Shown piece after piece: positions 16,259-26,004 of a stretch of DNA of 64,000 nucleotides. Positions within the stretch are counted from its first letter, which is position 1. The number at the start of each line of letters is the position of its first letter. Position numbers and translations under genes: made by a program. This stretch comes from Agathobaculum sp. (GTDB lineage Bacteria > Bacillota > Clostridia > Oscillospirales > Butyricicoccaceae): positions 9,388-73,387 of the forward strand of contig NZ_JALFLA010000017.1 in NCBI RefSeq assembly GCF_022775115.1, in the 5' to 3' direction. Under the pieces are notes generated by a model. It had not been told where the DNA came from. It made no database searches and saw only the letters and a list, made by a program, of their open reading frames with translations.

Positions 16259-17308
16259 TCAAAGGCGGATAAGGCCGTACTTCTGTTCCAGATAGTGCAG
16301 CACGTCCTCGGGCTGCTCCCATGTGCCGTCATACAGCGCAAGGCCGGGATAAATCCTCAGCCCCTGCTCGAGCAGCTCGGCCGATTCGGCGCACAGGCAG
16401 AGCGGACGCGAGAGCATATAGCGGTGCTCCTCAAGCGCGATCACGTCGTCCTCGGTCTCCAGCACCAGCTTGAGCGCGCCCGCCTCGTCCTCCGCGTCGA
16501 TCAGTGCCTCGCCCAGCCGGGGGCCGCACTCGATCTCGTCGGACATGTCGATGGTCGGGTCGATGAAGTGCGCGTGCCGCCCATCGGGCGCGAGGATGAA
16601 ATCGTCGTGGTCGCGCGGCACAGTGCGCGAAGCGCTGTGCGCGTCGACCGCTTCGAGCAGGCGTGCCTCATCGTCATGCTCGACCGGCAGGAAGAATTCG
16701 GTGTTGTACAGCGTCGTCTGCGCGCGCAGCCAAGCTGAATGCACCGACACGCCCAGCGAAATGCGCGCGTAAGGCGCGGCCAGATCGAGCGCCGCGGTCA
16801 GCGCGGCGGGGTCGTGCGCGGTCAGGATGACAGTGGACACGCCGATGCGCTGCAATACGCCCACAGCCGCGCGCACCTCGGTGCCGTCGGCCAGATGCCC
16901 CTCGTCGTCCTCTATGCCCAGCTCGGCGATCACCGTGCGGCCGGACAGGTCTCCCAGCGCGAGCGCGGCGGCGCGCAGCGCGGCAAAGGTCTGCGCGCCG
17001 CGCAGGCAGTAAAACGCGGCGGCATCGTGCAGCAGGCTGCGAAACGCGGCCTTGCAAAGGCCGATATAGTGCACGGTCGCGGGGCGGGGGCAGCTTTCTT
17101 CGTCAGGCAGGGGCGGGCAGGTCAGCGTCAGGCCGACCGGCAGCGGCTCGAGCTGCGCTGCCCATGCTGCGCAGGCTGCGCCGTCAGGCGCGATGGCCGC
17201 CGCGAAGCGCGCAGGCCGCGCAAAGCAGAGCGGCAGCGCGGCCGCGTCGGTCAGGATGATCTGCGGTTTGCCGTCCGGGTCGGCCGGCGGATATAACGGT
17301 AGCTCCAA
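16259..17308 (-). CDS. divergent homocysteine-S-methyltransferase/pterin-binding (MetH-like) protein, Zn ligands absent
   Basis: Recognised similarity of GDLSGRTVIAELGIEDDEGHLADGT..GVSTVILTA to the Hcy-binding domain and RPLCLCAESAELLEQGLRIYPG..KYG to the pterin-binding domain; GGAGG RBS. Confidence 0.55.
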   Translation of the reverse strand: MELPLYPPADPDGKPQIILTDAAALPLCFARPARFAAAIAPDGAACAAWAAQLEPLPVGLTLTCPPLPDEESCPRPATVHYIGLCKAAFRSLLHDAAAFYCLRGAQTFAALRAAALALGDLSGRTVIAELGIEDDEGHLADGTEVRAAVGVLQRIGVSTVILTAHDPAALTAALDLAAPYARISLGVSVHSAWLRAQTTLYNTEFFLPVEHDDEARLLEAVDAHSASRTVPRDHDDFILAPDGRHAHFIDPTIDMSDEIECGPRLGEALIDAEDEAGALKLVLETEDDVIALEEHRYMLSRPLCLCAESAELLEQGLRIYPGLALYDGTWEQPEDVLHYLEQKYGLIRL

Positions 17309-17347
17309 GGTACGTTCCTCCCAGAAAAGATCGGTATGGGGCGGTCG

Positions 17348-18832
17348 TCATTTGGCTCGCCAGCTGCCGTCGGGCAGGCTGACATACTGCTGCGGCTTTG
17401 CCGCGGCCAGACGGCAGATCTCGTGCGCGGTGTAAAGCTGCTCGTCGAGCAGCAGGGTCTGGCCGTCGAGCGTGCGCATGGCCCCGTCCAGCGCCGACAG
17501 CATGGCGGGCGAGGCGTACAGATCGGCGGGCAGGGCATAGCTGGCGCGGAAGGCGCTGACCGCGTCGAGCACCTGTCCGTCAAACACCTCGGTCGCGCCC
17601 GGCAGCAGGCCGAGCAGCGCAAGGCGCTCGGTCATGGCGTAAACCGCGTCCGACCGGTCGCCGAAGCGCAGCGCTTTGCCGGTGTCCAGCGGCGTGAGCG
17701 CCGCGCGGTCGATCGTCACCTGCCGATTTTCAAGCAGGATGTCGGGCGTTAGTCCCGCGCCCTCATACGCACCGGTGCGGGGCAGCTCCATCTCCAGCGT
17801 GGTGATGATGAGCTTGTCGCCGTTTATCAGCTCAAGGTGGAACTGACCCTGTCCCTTGCCGTAGGTCTGTGTGCCGAGCAGCGTGGCCGAGCCGGTGTCC
17901 CGCAGGCTGCCGGCGAGCAGCTCGGCGGCCGAGGCCGTCCCGCCGTCCACCAGCACGACCACCTTGTTCAGCGGCAGGCCGCCGCCCGATGAGTAGGTGG
18001 TCTGCGCGCCGCCCATATCCGCTCGGTAGCGGATCGAGGCGAGGGGCGTATCCTTCGCCTGCACGATGGCGTCGGCCATCTGGAAGGCCACGTCGATCAG
18101 GCCGCCGCCGTTGCCGCGCAGATCGAGCACGAGCGCGCGGGTGTTCTTCTCATCCAGCCCTTCCCAGAGCTCGGAAAAGGCCTTCCAGTCGTTTTCCGAG
18201 CCCATGGCGGCGACCTTGATGTACTCCACGCCGTCCGACAGTGTCCGCCCGGACACATACACCTGGTTGATCTGGCGGCGCACACAGCTGACCTCGATAT
18301 CGCGCCCCTGCCGGCGCAGGGTGAGCGTCACCCGCGTCCCCTCCTTGCCGCGCAGCAGCTCGGCGATCTGCGCGATGTTCATAGCGGTCGTGTCCTTGCC
18401 GTTCACGGCGATGATCAGGTCGCCGGTGCGGATGCCGGCCTCGTCCGCCGCGGAGTAGCGGACAACGTCTCCCACCCGCGCGCCCGCGGCGGTCTGCTCC
18501 AGCGCAACGCCGATGCCGACGTAGCCCTCCAGCTGGGAAAAGCCCTGCGAGTATTCCTCGGCCGACAGGTACATCGAATGCGTGTCCAGCAGCGAAAGGA
18601 TATCGTTTACGACCTCGTACAGCTCCTCCGGGTGCTTTTGCAGGTATTTGTTGATGTAGTTTTGCAGCACATAGGGGTCGTCCTCGGCCTTTAGGCCGAA
18701 CATGTCGATCAGCGCCCACACGCTGTCAAACCACGTCTCGCTCTCGCCGTCCTTAGTGACCGCGCCCGCGGGCGTGACCAGCAGCGCGGCGGAGAGCGCC
18801 AGCGCAGCCAGCCTTCTTGCTAGTTTTTTCAT
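17348..18832 (-). CDS. S41-family C-terminal processing protease (PDZ) with a putative peptidoglycan-binding C-terminal region
   Basis: Signal peptide; YVGIGV PDZ; LDLRGNGGG, TASAAE (Ser), YGKGQGQ (Lys). Confidence 0.9.
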   Translation of the reverse strand: MKKLARRLAALALSAALLVTPAGAVTKDGESETWFDSVWALIDMFGLKAEDDPYVLQNYINKYLQKHPEELYEVVNDILSLLDTHSMYLSAEEYSQGFSQLEGYVGIGVALEQTAAGARVGDVVRYSAADEAGIRTGDLIIAVNGKDTTAMNIAQIAELLRGKEGTRVTLTLRRQGRDIEVSCVRRQINQVYVSGRTLSDGVEYIKVAAMGSENDWKAFSELWEGLDEKNTRALVLDLRGNGGGLIDVAFQMADAIVQAKDTPLASIRYRADMGGAQTTYSSGGGLPLNKVVVLVDGGTASAAELLAGSLRDTGSATLLGTQTYGKGQGQFHLELINGDKLIITTLEMELPRTGAYEGAGLTPDILLENRQVTIDRAALTPLDTGKALRFGDRSDAVYAMTERLALLGLLPGATEVFDGQVLDAVSAFRASYALPADLYASPAMLSALDGAMRTLDGQTLLLDEQLYTAHEICRLAAAKPQQYVSLPDGSWRAK

Positions 18833-18885
18833 GCTATTCTCCATTTATCAGCGGTAAAACATGTTTTGTGCGCGGGATGCGGCGT

Positions 18886-20583
18886 TTACATGGTCTCCGG
18901 CGCGTCCACGCCGATCAGTCCCAGCGTGTTGGCGATGGTCTGCCGCGCGGCAATGCACAGCGCAAGGCGCGCCGCGCACAGCGCCGGGTCGTCGCACTTG
19001 ATGCGGCAGGCGTTGTAGAAGTGGTGGAACTGCTGCGCGAGCGCGACGGCGTACTTGTTCAGGCGCGAGGGGTCGCGGCCTGCGGCGGCCTGCGCGATCT
19101 CCTCGGGCAGCAGCGCGAGCTGCTTGATGAGCCTGCGCTCGTCCGCGCCGGTCAGCACGGACAGGTCGACGGTTAACAGGTCAGGCATGGCCACGCCGTC
19201 CTGCACACAGTTTTTGATGACCGAGCAGATGCGTGCATGGGCATACTGCACATAATACAGCGGGTTGTCCGAATCCTGCCGGATGGCAAGGTCGAGGTCG
19301 AACTCCATCTGGGTCTCGGCCGCGCGGGAGTTGAAGAAGAAGCGCGCCGCGTCGACCGGGATCTCGTCGAGCAGGTCGGTCAGCGTCAGGCTCTTGCCGG
19401 TGCGCTTGGACATGCGCACGACCTCGCCGCCCTGCATCATGCGCACCAGCTGCATCAGCACGATCTCCAGCCGGTGCGAGCCGTCCAGTCCGAGCGCGTC
19501 GAGCGCGCATTGCAGGCGCTTGACATGGCCGTGGTGGTCGGCGCCCCAGATGTTGATGACGCGGTCGAAGCCGCGCTCGGCAAATTTGTTGCGGTGATAG
19601 GCGATGTCGGCCGCGAAGTAGGTGTAAAATCCGTTGGCGCGGCGCAGCACATCGTCCTTGTCGCAGCCGAAGGCCGTGCTGCGCAGCCAGAGCGCGCCGT
19701 CCTCGGTCTCGTAGGTCGCACCCTTTTCGGTCAGCAGGTCGATGGTTTCCTTGACATAGCCGGAATCGTGCAGCGTGCTCTCGCGGAACCACACGTCGTA
19801 GTCGATCTTGTAGCGCTTCAGGTCGCGCTCCATGCGCGCAATGTTGGCCGGCAGGCCGTAGCCCGCGATGACGGCAAAGCGCTCCTCGGGGGTCTTGTCC
19901 AGCAGGCTGTCGCCGTATTGCTCGACCAGCTCGTGCGCGAGCGCGCGGATATCGTCGCCCTGGTACCAAGAGGGGTCGAAGTCGATCGCGTCCTCACCGC
20001 GCACCTGCTGGATATACCGTCCCTCTACCGAGTGGGCAAATTTATCCACCTGATTGCCCGCGTCGTTGATATAAAACTCGCGCGTCACATCGTTGCCCGC
20101 CCACGCGAGCACCTCGGCCAGACAGTCGCCCAGCACACCGCCGCGCGCGTTGCCCATGTGCATCGGCCCGGTGGGGTTGGCCGAGACGAATTCGACCATG
20201 ACCTTTTCCGGCTTGGCCGTCTGGGTGCGGCCATAGTCCGCGCCCAGCTGGCCGATAGCGCGCACGGCTTTTTCGTACCAGCTCTGCCCGAGCGTGAAAT
20301 TCAGAAAGCCCGGCCCCGCGATCTCGACCGTGTCAAAGCAGCTGCCCGACAGGTCAAGGCTGTCCACAAGCACCTCAGCGATGCGGCGGGGCGCCATGCG
20401 CAGCGGTTTGGCGCACTGCATGGCGAAGGTGCAGGCCCAGTCGCCGTTGGCGGCGTCCTTGGGCGTTTCCACGGTAACGGGCGGGATGTCGCCCGCGGGC
20501 AGCGCGCCCGCGGCGGACGCCTTGCGGTAAGCTGCCTCGACGACCCGGGTCGCCTCGGCGCGCGCGAATTCATATGCGTTCAT
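18886..20583 (-). CDS. argS: arginine--tRNA ligase
   Basis: VEFVSANPTGPMHMGNARG (HIGH), WGADHHGH, RMSKRTG, YVQYAHAR. Confidence 0.97.
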   Translation of the reverse strand: MNAYEFARAEATRVVEAAYRKASAAGALPAGDIPPVTVETPKDAANGDWACTFAMQCAKPLRMAPRRIAEVLVDSLDLSGSCFDTVEIAGPGFLNFTLGQSWYEKAVRAIGQLGADYGRTQTAKPEKVMVEFVSANPTGPMHMGNARGGVLGDCLAEVLAWAGNDVTREFYINDAGNQVDKFAHSVEGRYIQQVRGEDAIDFDPSWYQGDDIRALAHELVEQYGDSLLDKTPEERFAVIAGYGLPANIARMERDLKRYKIDYDVWFRESTLHDSGYVKETIDLLTEKGATYETEDGALWLRSTAFGCDKDDVLRRANGFYTYFAADIAYHRNKFAERGFDRVINIWGADHHGHVKRLQCALDALGLDGSHRLEIVLMQLVRMMQGGEVVRMSKRTGKSLTLTDLLDEIPVDAARFFFNSRAAETQMEFDLDLAIRQDSDNPLYYVQYAHARICSVIKNCVQDGVAMPDLLTVDLSVLTGADERRLIKQLALLPEEIAQAAAGRDPSRLNKYAVALAQQFHHFYNACRIKCDDPALCAARLALCIAARQTIANTLGLIGVDAPETM

Positions 20584-20648
20584 TGTTTGTCAAAACCTCC
20601 GGTTTATTTTGCGCGGCGGGCGGATAACGTCCCGTCCGCATCTCTGTT

Positions 20649-21086
20649 TTACTGCGGCAGTGCGGCCACACACATCTCAAAATGGTGCTGTCCCATAAGC
20701 GAGCCTTCGACCTCGACCGTGTAGTCGATCACGAGGTTGCCGCCCATCTCGCCGATCGTGTTGCGAATGTGCGAGGTATGTGTGGCGATGGTCATTTCGG
20801 TGCCGACTGCGGTCTGATACAGGCCGACGTGCCGCTCATCCTCGGCAAACAGCATATGCGAGGGGTAAGCGCCCGTGCGGATGAGCGTGACCCGCTTGCC
20901 GTCAAGCTTGACAGTCGTGCGTGTGCCCTCCAGCCCGGTCAGCTCGGTTTCATCGTAAGCGATGTAGTATTTTCCGGCGCGCTCATACAGCGTGGCCGCC
21001 GTGACCAGGTCGATCTGCTCCTCCTCGCAGCCTGAGAAGTGCTGCGTCGAGGTGATCGCCAGCCAAACGTCTTTTTTCATATCCAT
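20649..21086 (-). CDS. DUF1934-family (YwiB-like) beta-barrel protein
   Basis: YYIAYDETELTGLEGTRTTVK ... HMLF..RHVGLYQT; typical position upstream of argS. Confidence 0.8.
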   Translation of the reverse strand: MDMKKDVWLAITSTQHFSGCEEEQIDLVTAATLYERAGKYYIAYDETELTGLEGTRTTVKLDGKRVTLIRTGAYPSHMLFAEDERHVGLYQTAVGTEMTIATHTSHIRNTIGEMGGNLVIDYTVEVEGSLMGQHHFEMCVAALPQ

Positions 21087-21123
21087 ACTCCGATTTTATC
21101 TATATTATATAGAAAAAGGGCGC

Positions 21124-21924
21124 TCAATAGGCCGAAATGTCGATCAGGCCGGCTTCGCCGTGCACATCCTCCTGCAAAAACAGGCCGGCAAGCTGGGCGA
21201 AGCCCTGCGGATCGTCCGAGACGAAGTACTGTGTCCCGCCCGCGCCGACCTGCGCCGGCTCGACCGCGCGGCGCACCGCGTTGGCGGCCTCCGCGCCCGA
21301 GTCGACCAGCGTCACGCCCGCGCCCATAAAGTCCGCGATCACGTCGTGCAGCAGCGGATAGTGCGTGCAGCCGAGGATGAGCGTGTCCACCCCGGCGTCC
21401 CGCATGGGCTGCAAATACTCGCGCACGACCGTTTCGATCACGATATCGCCCCGGTGTACGCGCCCGTTCTCGACCAGCGGCACGAACAGCGGGCAGGCCG
21501 CGGTGTACACGGTCAGCGCCGGGTCGGCCGCGCGCAGCCGGTGCTCGTAGATGCCGCTGCGCACGGTCGCGGCCGTGCCGATCACGCCGATGCGTCCCTC
21601 CCGCGTCACGCAGCGCGCCTTGTCGCACGAGGGCTCGACCGTGCCGAAGATGGGCAGGTCGAACTCGTGGCGCACGGTGTCCAGCGCGGCGGCCGAGGCC
21701 GTGTTGCACGCGACCACAATGGCCTTGAGGTCATAGCCGAGCAGAAAGCGGATGTCCTGCCGGGCGTATTTGATGATCGTGTCCCGTCCCCGGGTGCCGT
21801 AGGGCACGCGGCCGGTGTCCCCGAAATAGATGATGCTCTCCTGCGGCATGGTCTCATGCAGGCGGCGCACGCAGGTCAGCCCGCCAAGGCCGGAGTCGAA
21901 CACGCCGATCGCGCGGTTATCCAT
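21124..21924 (-). CDS. murI: glutamate racemase
   Basis: IGVFDSGLGG, VVACNTAS, LGCTHYP. Confidence 0.96.
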   Translation of the reverse strand: MDNRAIGVFDSGLGGLTCVRRLHETMPQESIIYFGDTGRVPYGTRGRDTIIKYARQDIRFLLGYDLKAIVVACNTASAAALDTVRHEFDLPIFGTVEPSCDKARCVTREGRIGVIGTAATVRSGIYEHRLRAADPALTVYTAACPLFVPLVENGRVHRGDIVIETVVREYLQPMRDAGVDTLILGCTHYPLLHDVIADFMGAGVTLVDSGAEAANAVRRAVEPAQVGAGGTQYFVSDDPQGFAQLAGLFLQEDVHGEAGLIDISAY

Positions 21925-22984
21925 TGTGCGCCTCCAGCGCCAGTTCGATCAGGCGGTCGAGCAGCGCCGGATAGTGCATACCCGCGTGGTCGAACAGCTT
22001 GGGATACATGCTGATCGAGGTAAAGCCCGGTATCGAATTGAGCTCGTTGAACACGACCGCGCCGTCCGCGCGGCGCACGAAAAAGTCCACGCGGGACAGG
22101 CCGCGGCAGCCGAGCGCGGCATAAACGCGCAGCGCGTTTTGCCGCACGGTCTCGCGCTGCTCGTCAGTGATGCGGGCGGGGATGTACAGCTTGGAGCTTG
22201 CGTCGTGATACTTGGCGTCAAAGGTGTAGAACGCCTGCGTCGGCGCGATCTCACCGACCGGTGAGGCGACCGGCGCTTGGTTGCCGAGCACGGCACACTC
22301 GACCTCCTGCCCGTCGACATACTCCTCAACCAGCACCTTGTAGTCATACCGGAAGGCGGCGGACAGTCCCTCGGCCAGCGCCGCGCGGTCGCCCGCCTTG
22401 GCAACGCCTACCGACGAGCCCTGCGAGCAGGGCTTGACGAACACCGGATACGAACCGATCGCGTCAGCCGCCGCGCGCACCACCCCTTCGGGGTCACGCG
22501 CAAAATCGTGCCGCAGAGCGAGGTAATAGCGCGCCTGCCGCACGCCCGCCTGCTCTACCAGCACCTTGGTGATGGATTTGTCCATCGAGTTGGCGCTGGC
22601 CGCCACGCCGCAGCCGACATAAGGGATGCCCGCCAGCTCGAGCAGGCCCTGCACCGCGCCGTCCTCGCCGCCCTCGCCGTGCAGCACAGGGAAAACGCAG
22701 TCCAGCCGGACAGCCTCACCCGCGCCGCCGTGCAGCACCATGCCGTGCGTCGCACGGTCGGGCGAGAGGATGGCCGGTATCAGCGAGGGCTGGCTCGCCC
22801 ACGAGCCGTCCTCGACCCGGTCGGGGTCGTGGTGCGGGTAATACCGCCACGCGCCCTCCTTGGTGATGCCGACCGCGTGGATATCATATTTGTCCGAATC
22901 GAGATTGCGCAGAATGGACGCCGCGGACAGGCACGAGACCTCGTGCTCGCTCGACACGCCGCCAAACAATACCGCTAACTTCAT
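21917..22984 (-). CDS. ddl: D-alanine--D-alanine ligase
   Basis: GGVSSEHEVS, LHGEGGEDG, KPCSQGSSVG, YTFDAKY, NELNSIPGFT. Confidence 0.95.
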   Translation of the reverse strand: MKLAVLFGGVSSEHEVSCLSAASILRNLDSDKYDIHAVGITKEGAWRYYPHHDPDRVEDGSWASQPSLIPAILSPDRATHGMVLHGGAGEAVRLDCVFPVLHGEGGEDGAVQGLLELAGIPYVGCGVAASANSMDKSITKVLVEQAGVRQARYYLALRHDFARDPEGVVRAAADAIGSYPVFVKPCSQGSSVGVAKAGDRAALAEGLSAAFRYDYKVLVEEYVDGQEVECAVLGNQAPVASPVGEIAPTQAFYTFDAKYHDASSKLYIPARITDEQRETVRQNALRVYAALGCRGLSRVDFFVRRADGAVVFNELNSIPGFTSISMYPKLFDHAGMHYPALLDRLIELALEAHNG

Positions 22985-23192
22985 GCCTTGGGATACGCTC
23001 CTTCTCTCTGCTGTCAGATTGACATTGATATACAGTCTATATTATACGCCCTTTGCGCTGTGAATACAATGCGAAAACGCGGTTTTCCGCGCGCCGTTTT
23101 CACAAAATTTACAGCGGGCAACACCGCATCCTTGCATAAGCGGCGCTTCGCGCGGGCGCGGCTGTCTGCTGAAAAATTTCTTGAAATAGCAG

Positions 23193-23221
23193 TTGACAGA
23201 TTATATTATATATAATATAAT
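23193..23221 (+). promoter_or_regulatory. sigma-A promoter overlapped by a perfect 20-bp palindrome (probable PadR operator)
   Basis: TTGACA 23193-23198, 17 bp, TATAAT 23216-23221; TTATATTATA|TATAATATAA at 23201-23220. Confidence 0.75.
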
Positions 23222-23284
23222 ATTGACACACAAACAAAATGCTTGCCCGGCCGTGTCCGGGCGCAACTGTACGGAGGTGGTTTC

Positions 23285-23593
23285 ATGTCATACCCGATTG
23301 CCTCCTCCCTGCTTGACGGCGTTGTGCTGGCCGTGGTCGAGCGGGAGAGCACTTACGGCTACCGCATCACACAGGATGTGCAGCAGGTGCTGGATATATC
23401 CGAATCGACCCTGTATCCCGTTTTGCGCCGCTTGCAAAAGGACGGCTGCCTGACGACCTACGATGAAAACTTTGCCGGGCGCAACCGCCGCTATTACCGC
23501 ATCACCGAGCATGGACGCGCGCGGCTGCGCCAGCACCGGATCGACTGGCAAAACTACCGCAACGGCATCGACACGATCTTTTTTGGAGGATGA
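23285..23593 (+). CDS. PadR-family transcriptional regulator
   Basis: YGYRITQDV, ISESTLYPVLRRL, RRYYRITEHG; GGAGGTG RBS. Confidence 0.93.
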   Translation: MSYPIASSLLDGVVLAVVERESTYGYRITQDVQQVLDISESTLYPVLRRLQKDGCLTTYDENFAGRNRRYYRITEHGRARLRQHRIDWQNYRNGIDTIFFGG

Positions 23594-23597
23594 AGCG

Positions 23598-24224
23598 ATG
23601 AGCAGAAACGAATACATGGCCGCGCTGCGCGCCGCGTTGGCCGTGCTGCCGGAGGAGGAGCGCGCGGGCGCCCTGCGCTATTATGAGGAGTATTTCGACG
23701 ACGCGGGGCCGGAAAACGAGCAGCGGGTCATCGACGAGCTGGGCGACCCCGCGCGGGTGGCCGCGCAGATACTGGCCGACTATCGCGAGCTGACCGCCGT
23801 GCCGCCGCCGCAGCAGCAGGATGTACCCGGTAAGCGCGGCGGCAAGGGCATGAGTCCGTGGGCGCTGCTGGCCATCGTGCTGCTGGCGCTCGTGTTCGGT
23901 GCGCCGCTCATCGTGACGCTGGTGGGCGTGCTCCTCGCCGTGGTTGCGATTGCGGCGGCGCTGCTGATCGTTGCCGCTGTGCTGCCGCTCAGCCTGCTGC
24001 TCGGCGGCGGGGCGCTGGTGGTTTTCTCCTGCTTTCTGTGGCTGCACCCGGCAAATGCGCTGGTCACGCTGGGCACGGGGCTGATGTGTATGGCGGCCGG
24101 CGCGCTGCTGGGGCTGCTGTTTATCAAGCTGTGCGTGCTGTTTGTGCCGCCGGTGTTCCGCGGCTTGGTGGCCGCGCTGCGCTGGCCGTTTGACAAGCTG
24201 AGAGGAAGGAGCGTGACGCAATGA
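23598..24224 (+). CDS. DUF1700 (HAAS) membrane protein
   Basis: LPEEERAGALRYYEEYFDDAG..E..VIDELGDP plus C-terminal TM helices. Confidence 0.88.
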   Translation: MSRNEYMAALRAALAVLPEEERAGALRYYEEYFDDAGPENEQRVIDELGDPARVAAQILADYRELTAVPPPQQQDVPGKRGGKGMSPWALLAIVLLALVFGAPLIVTLVGVLLAVVAIAAALLIVAAVLPLSLLLGGGALVVFSCFLWLHPANALVTLGTGLMCMAAGALLGLLFIKLCVLFVPPVFRGLVAALRWPFDKLRGRSVTQ

Positions 24225-25054
24225 AGAAACTGGTGATTGCTTGCCTGCTCGTCGGGCTGGTGGGCTGCGCGCTGAAGATTGGCGGCGCGGCTATGGGCGG
24301 CGAGCTGTACAGCGTATACTACGACGGCAGGCTGCACTCGGCGCGCGAGGCCGCGAAAGACGCGGCGGATTATCTGCGCGGCGCGGCGCGCGAGCTGCCT
24401 GACCGGACGGAGGACTTTTTCGACGGATGGGCGGACGATTACACCGTGCGCCGCCGCGATGCGGTCGACGACGCGCTTTACCGCACCGCAAACAACCTCC
24501 CCTCGGTATCGGTCGACTGGATCGATGGGCTGGATCTCCGCCTGACCGGCGGCACGTTCCGAATCGAAGGCGGCGGCGATTTTGATGTCTCCGACCCGTC
24601 CGCGATCACGCGGAGCGAGTATGCGGACGGCGAATGGCGGCTTCGCCTGTCTTCCGCTGGGGACGAGCCGGTCGTTATCACGCTGCCGGTCAAGGATGTG
24701 CGCTATGATGAGATATTCATCTCCGCGCATGACTGCGGTTTGACGGTCGACGCGGCGCTCGAAGCCGAAGAATTCGCGCTGGCGCTGGTCGGCGCCACGG
24801 CCGACATCAGCAGCGTCGGCTCGCCGGATATCGACCTGAATGTCAGCGACGGGACGCTGCTCGCCTCGCTTACCGGCCGCGCCGAGGATTTTCATGTGGA
24901 AGCAAAGACGAGCGGCGGCGCGATTCTGTTCAACGGCGAGGTGCTCGCGGGCGGCACATCGGGCATTCTGCACGCCGAGCGCGGCACCGGTGAGCTGCCG
25001 TATGAGCTGGACTTGAAGGCCGAGTCGGCTTCCATCACGATCACCGCCAACTGA
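24221..25054 (+). CDS. DUF4097 (Toastrack)-like exported beta-strand-repeat protein
   Basis: Signal/TM N-terminus, beta-repeat-like C-terminus; standard position after PadR-DUF1700. Confidence 0.7.
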   Translation: MKKLVIACLLVGLVGCALKIGGAAMGGELYSVYYDGRLHSAREAAKDAADYLRGAARELPDRTEDFFDGWADDYTVRRRDAVDDALYRTANNLPSVSVDWIDGLDLRLTGGTFRIEGGGDFDVSDPSAITRSEYADGEWRLRLSSAGDEPVVITLPVKDVRYDEIFISAHDCGLTVDAALEAEEFALALVGATADISSVGSPDIDLNVSDGTLLASLTGRAEDFHVEAKTSGGAILFNGEVLAGGTSGILHAERGTGELPYELDLKAESASITITAN

Positions 25055-25062
25055 AACACCAC

Positions 25063-25091
25063 TTGACGCGGCGCGCAAAACAACGTATGAT
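25063..25091 (+). promoter_or_regulatory. sigma-A promoter for pspC
   Basis: TTGACG, 17 bp, TATGAT. Confidence 0.6.
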
Positions 25092-25112
25092 AAAGAAAAA
25101 GGAGACTTTACT

Positions 25113-25310
25113 ATGAATGGCAAAAAGCTCTACCGCAGCGAGTCCAACCGGATGCTGTGCGGCGTTTGCGCCGGCATCGCGGACTATTTCAATATCGACC
25201 CGACGCTCGTGCGTCTCGCTTGGGTCTTTCTGTGCTGCCTTGGCTTTTCCGGCGTGGTTGCCTATATCATCGCCGCGATCATCATTCCGACGCAGAGCGC
25301 CGTCCAGTAA
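25113..25310 (+). CDS. pspC: PspC-domain protein
   Basis: KKLYRSESNRMLCGVCAGIADYFNIDPTLVRL. Confidence 0.92.
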   Translation: MNGKKLYRSESNRMLCGVCAGIADYFNIDPTLVRLAWVFLCCLGFSGVVAYIIAAIIIPTQSAVQ

Positions 25311-25338
25311 ATCCCGTAAATGAGAGGATGTGCCCCAC

Positions 25339-25665
25339 ATGGCTGAAAACGAGCGGATTGACGATGCCTCCCTCCCGGCGGAGGAGGACGCCGCCCTGCC
25401 CGCCGCGCAGGATGAACCCGTCGGGGAGGAGGATATCGACCCGGCCGACGTGCAGATCTTCGGCCTGCCGCGCCGGTGCTTTCATGGCGCGGCGATCGGC
25501 TTTGCCGGCGGCTATATTCTCAACGGCTTGATCGGTCTGGCCGGTCTGCCCGTGCCCAGCGCGACTGTGTGCGGCTTGGCGTGCGCCCTTGTGGGCTATG
25601 GCATCGCCCGGCATTTTGATAAAAAGCGCATTGCCGCAAAGCAGCAGACGAACGAAGACAGCTGA
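25339..25665 (+). CDS. hypothetical membrane protein (acidic N-terminus, 2 TM)
   Basis: GAGAGG RBS; coherent composition; basic tail after the TMs. Confidence 0.65.
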   Translation: MAENERIDDASLPAEEDAALPAAQDEPVGEEDIDPADVQIFGLPRRCFHGAAIGFAGGYILNGLIGLAGLPVPSATVCGLACALVGYGIARHFDKKRIAAKQQTNEDS

Positions 25666-25737
25666 AACCGAAACGCCGGCCGGGAAAACGCTCCGGTCGG
25701 CTGTTTTGTTGTCTGCCAAACCGCTTAGGGGGATCGA

Positions 25738-26004
25738 ATGACTGCCTATACCTATCTGCTGCGCTGCGCGGACGGCACGCTTTACTGCGGCTGGACCAAT
25801 GACCTTGCCGCGCGCCTTGCCGCGCACAACAGCGGTAAGGGAGCGAAATATACGCGCGCCCGCCGTCCGGTGCGGCTGGTGTACAGCGAGCCGCACCCAA
25901 CGCGGGGCGAGGCCATGCGCCGTGAGGCTGCGATCAAGCGCCTGTCGCGCGCGGAAAAGGAAGCGCTGCTGGCCGCGCAGGAGGCGCGCTGCCCGGTTCC
26001 ATGA
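25738..26004 (+). CDS. GIY-YIG nuclease (YazA/UPF0213-like)
   Basis: YTYLLRCADGTLYCGWTNDL..R...HNSGKGAKYTR. Confidence 0.92.
   Translation: MTAYTYLLRCADGTLYCGWTNDLAARLAAHNSGKGAKYTRARRPVRLVYSEPHPTRGEAMRREAAIKRLSRAEKEALLAAQEARCPVP

Noticed and set aside
21917-22984. Possible D-Ala-D-Lac (vancomycin-resistance-type) ligase because of the Phe in YTFDAKY
   Set aside because: The determinant residue is the terminal aromatic of the omega loop (AKY), which is Tyr here, as in D-Ala-D-Ala ligases; no vanH/vanX nearby
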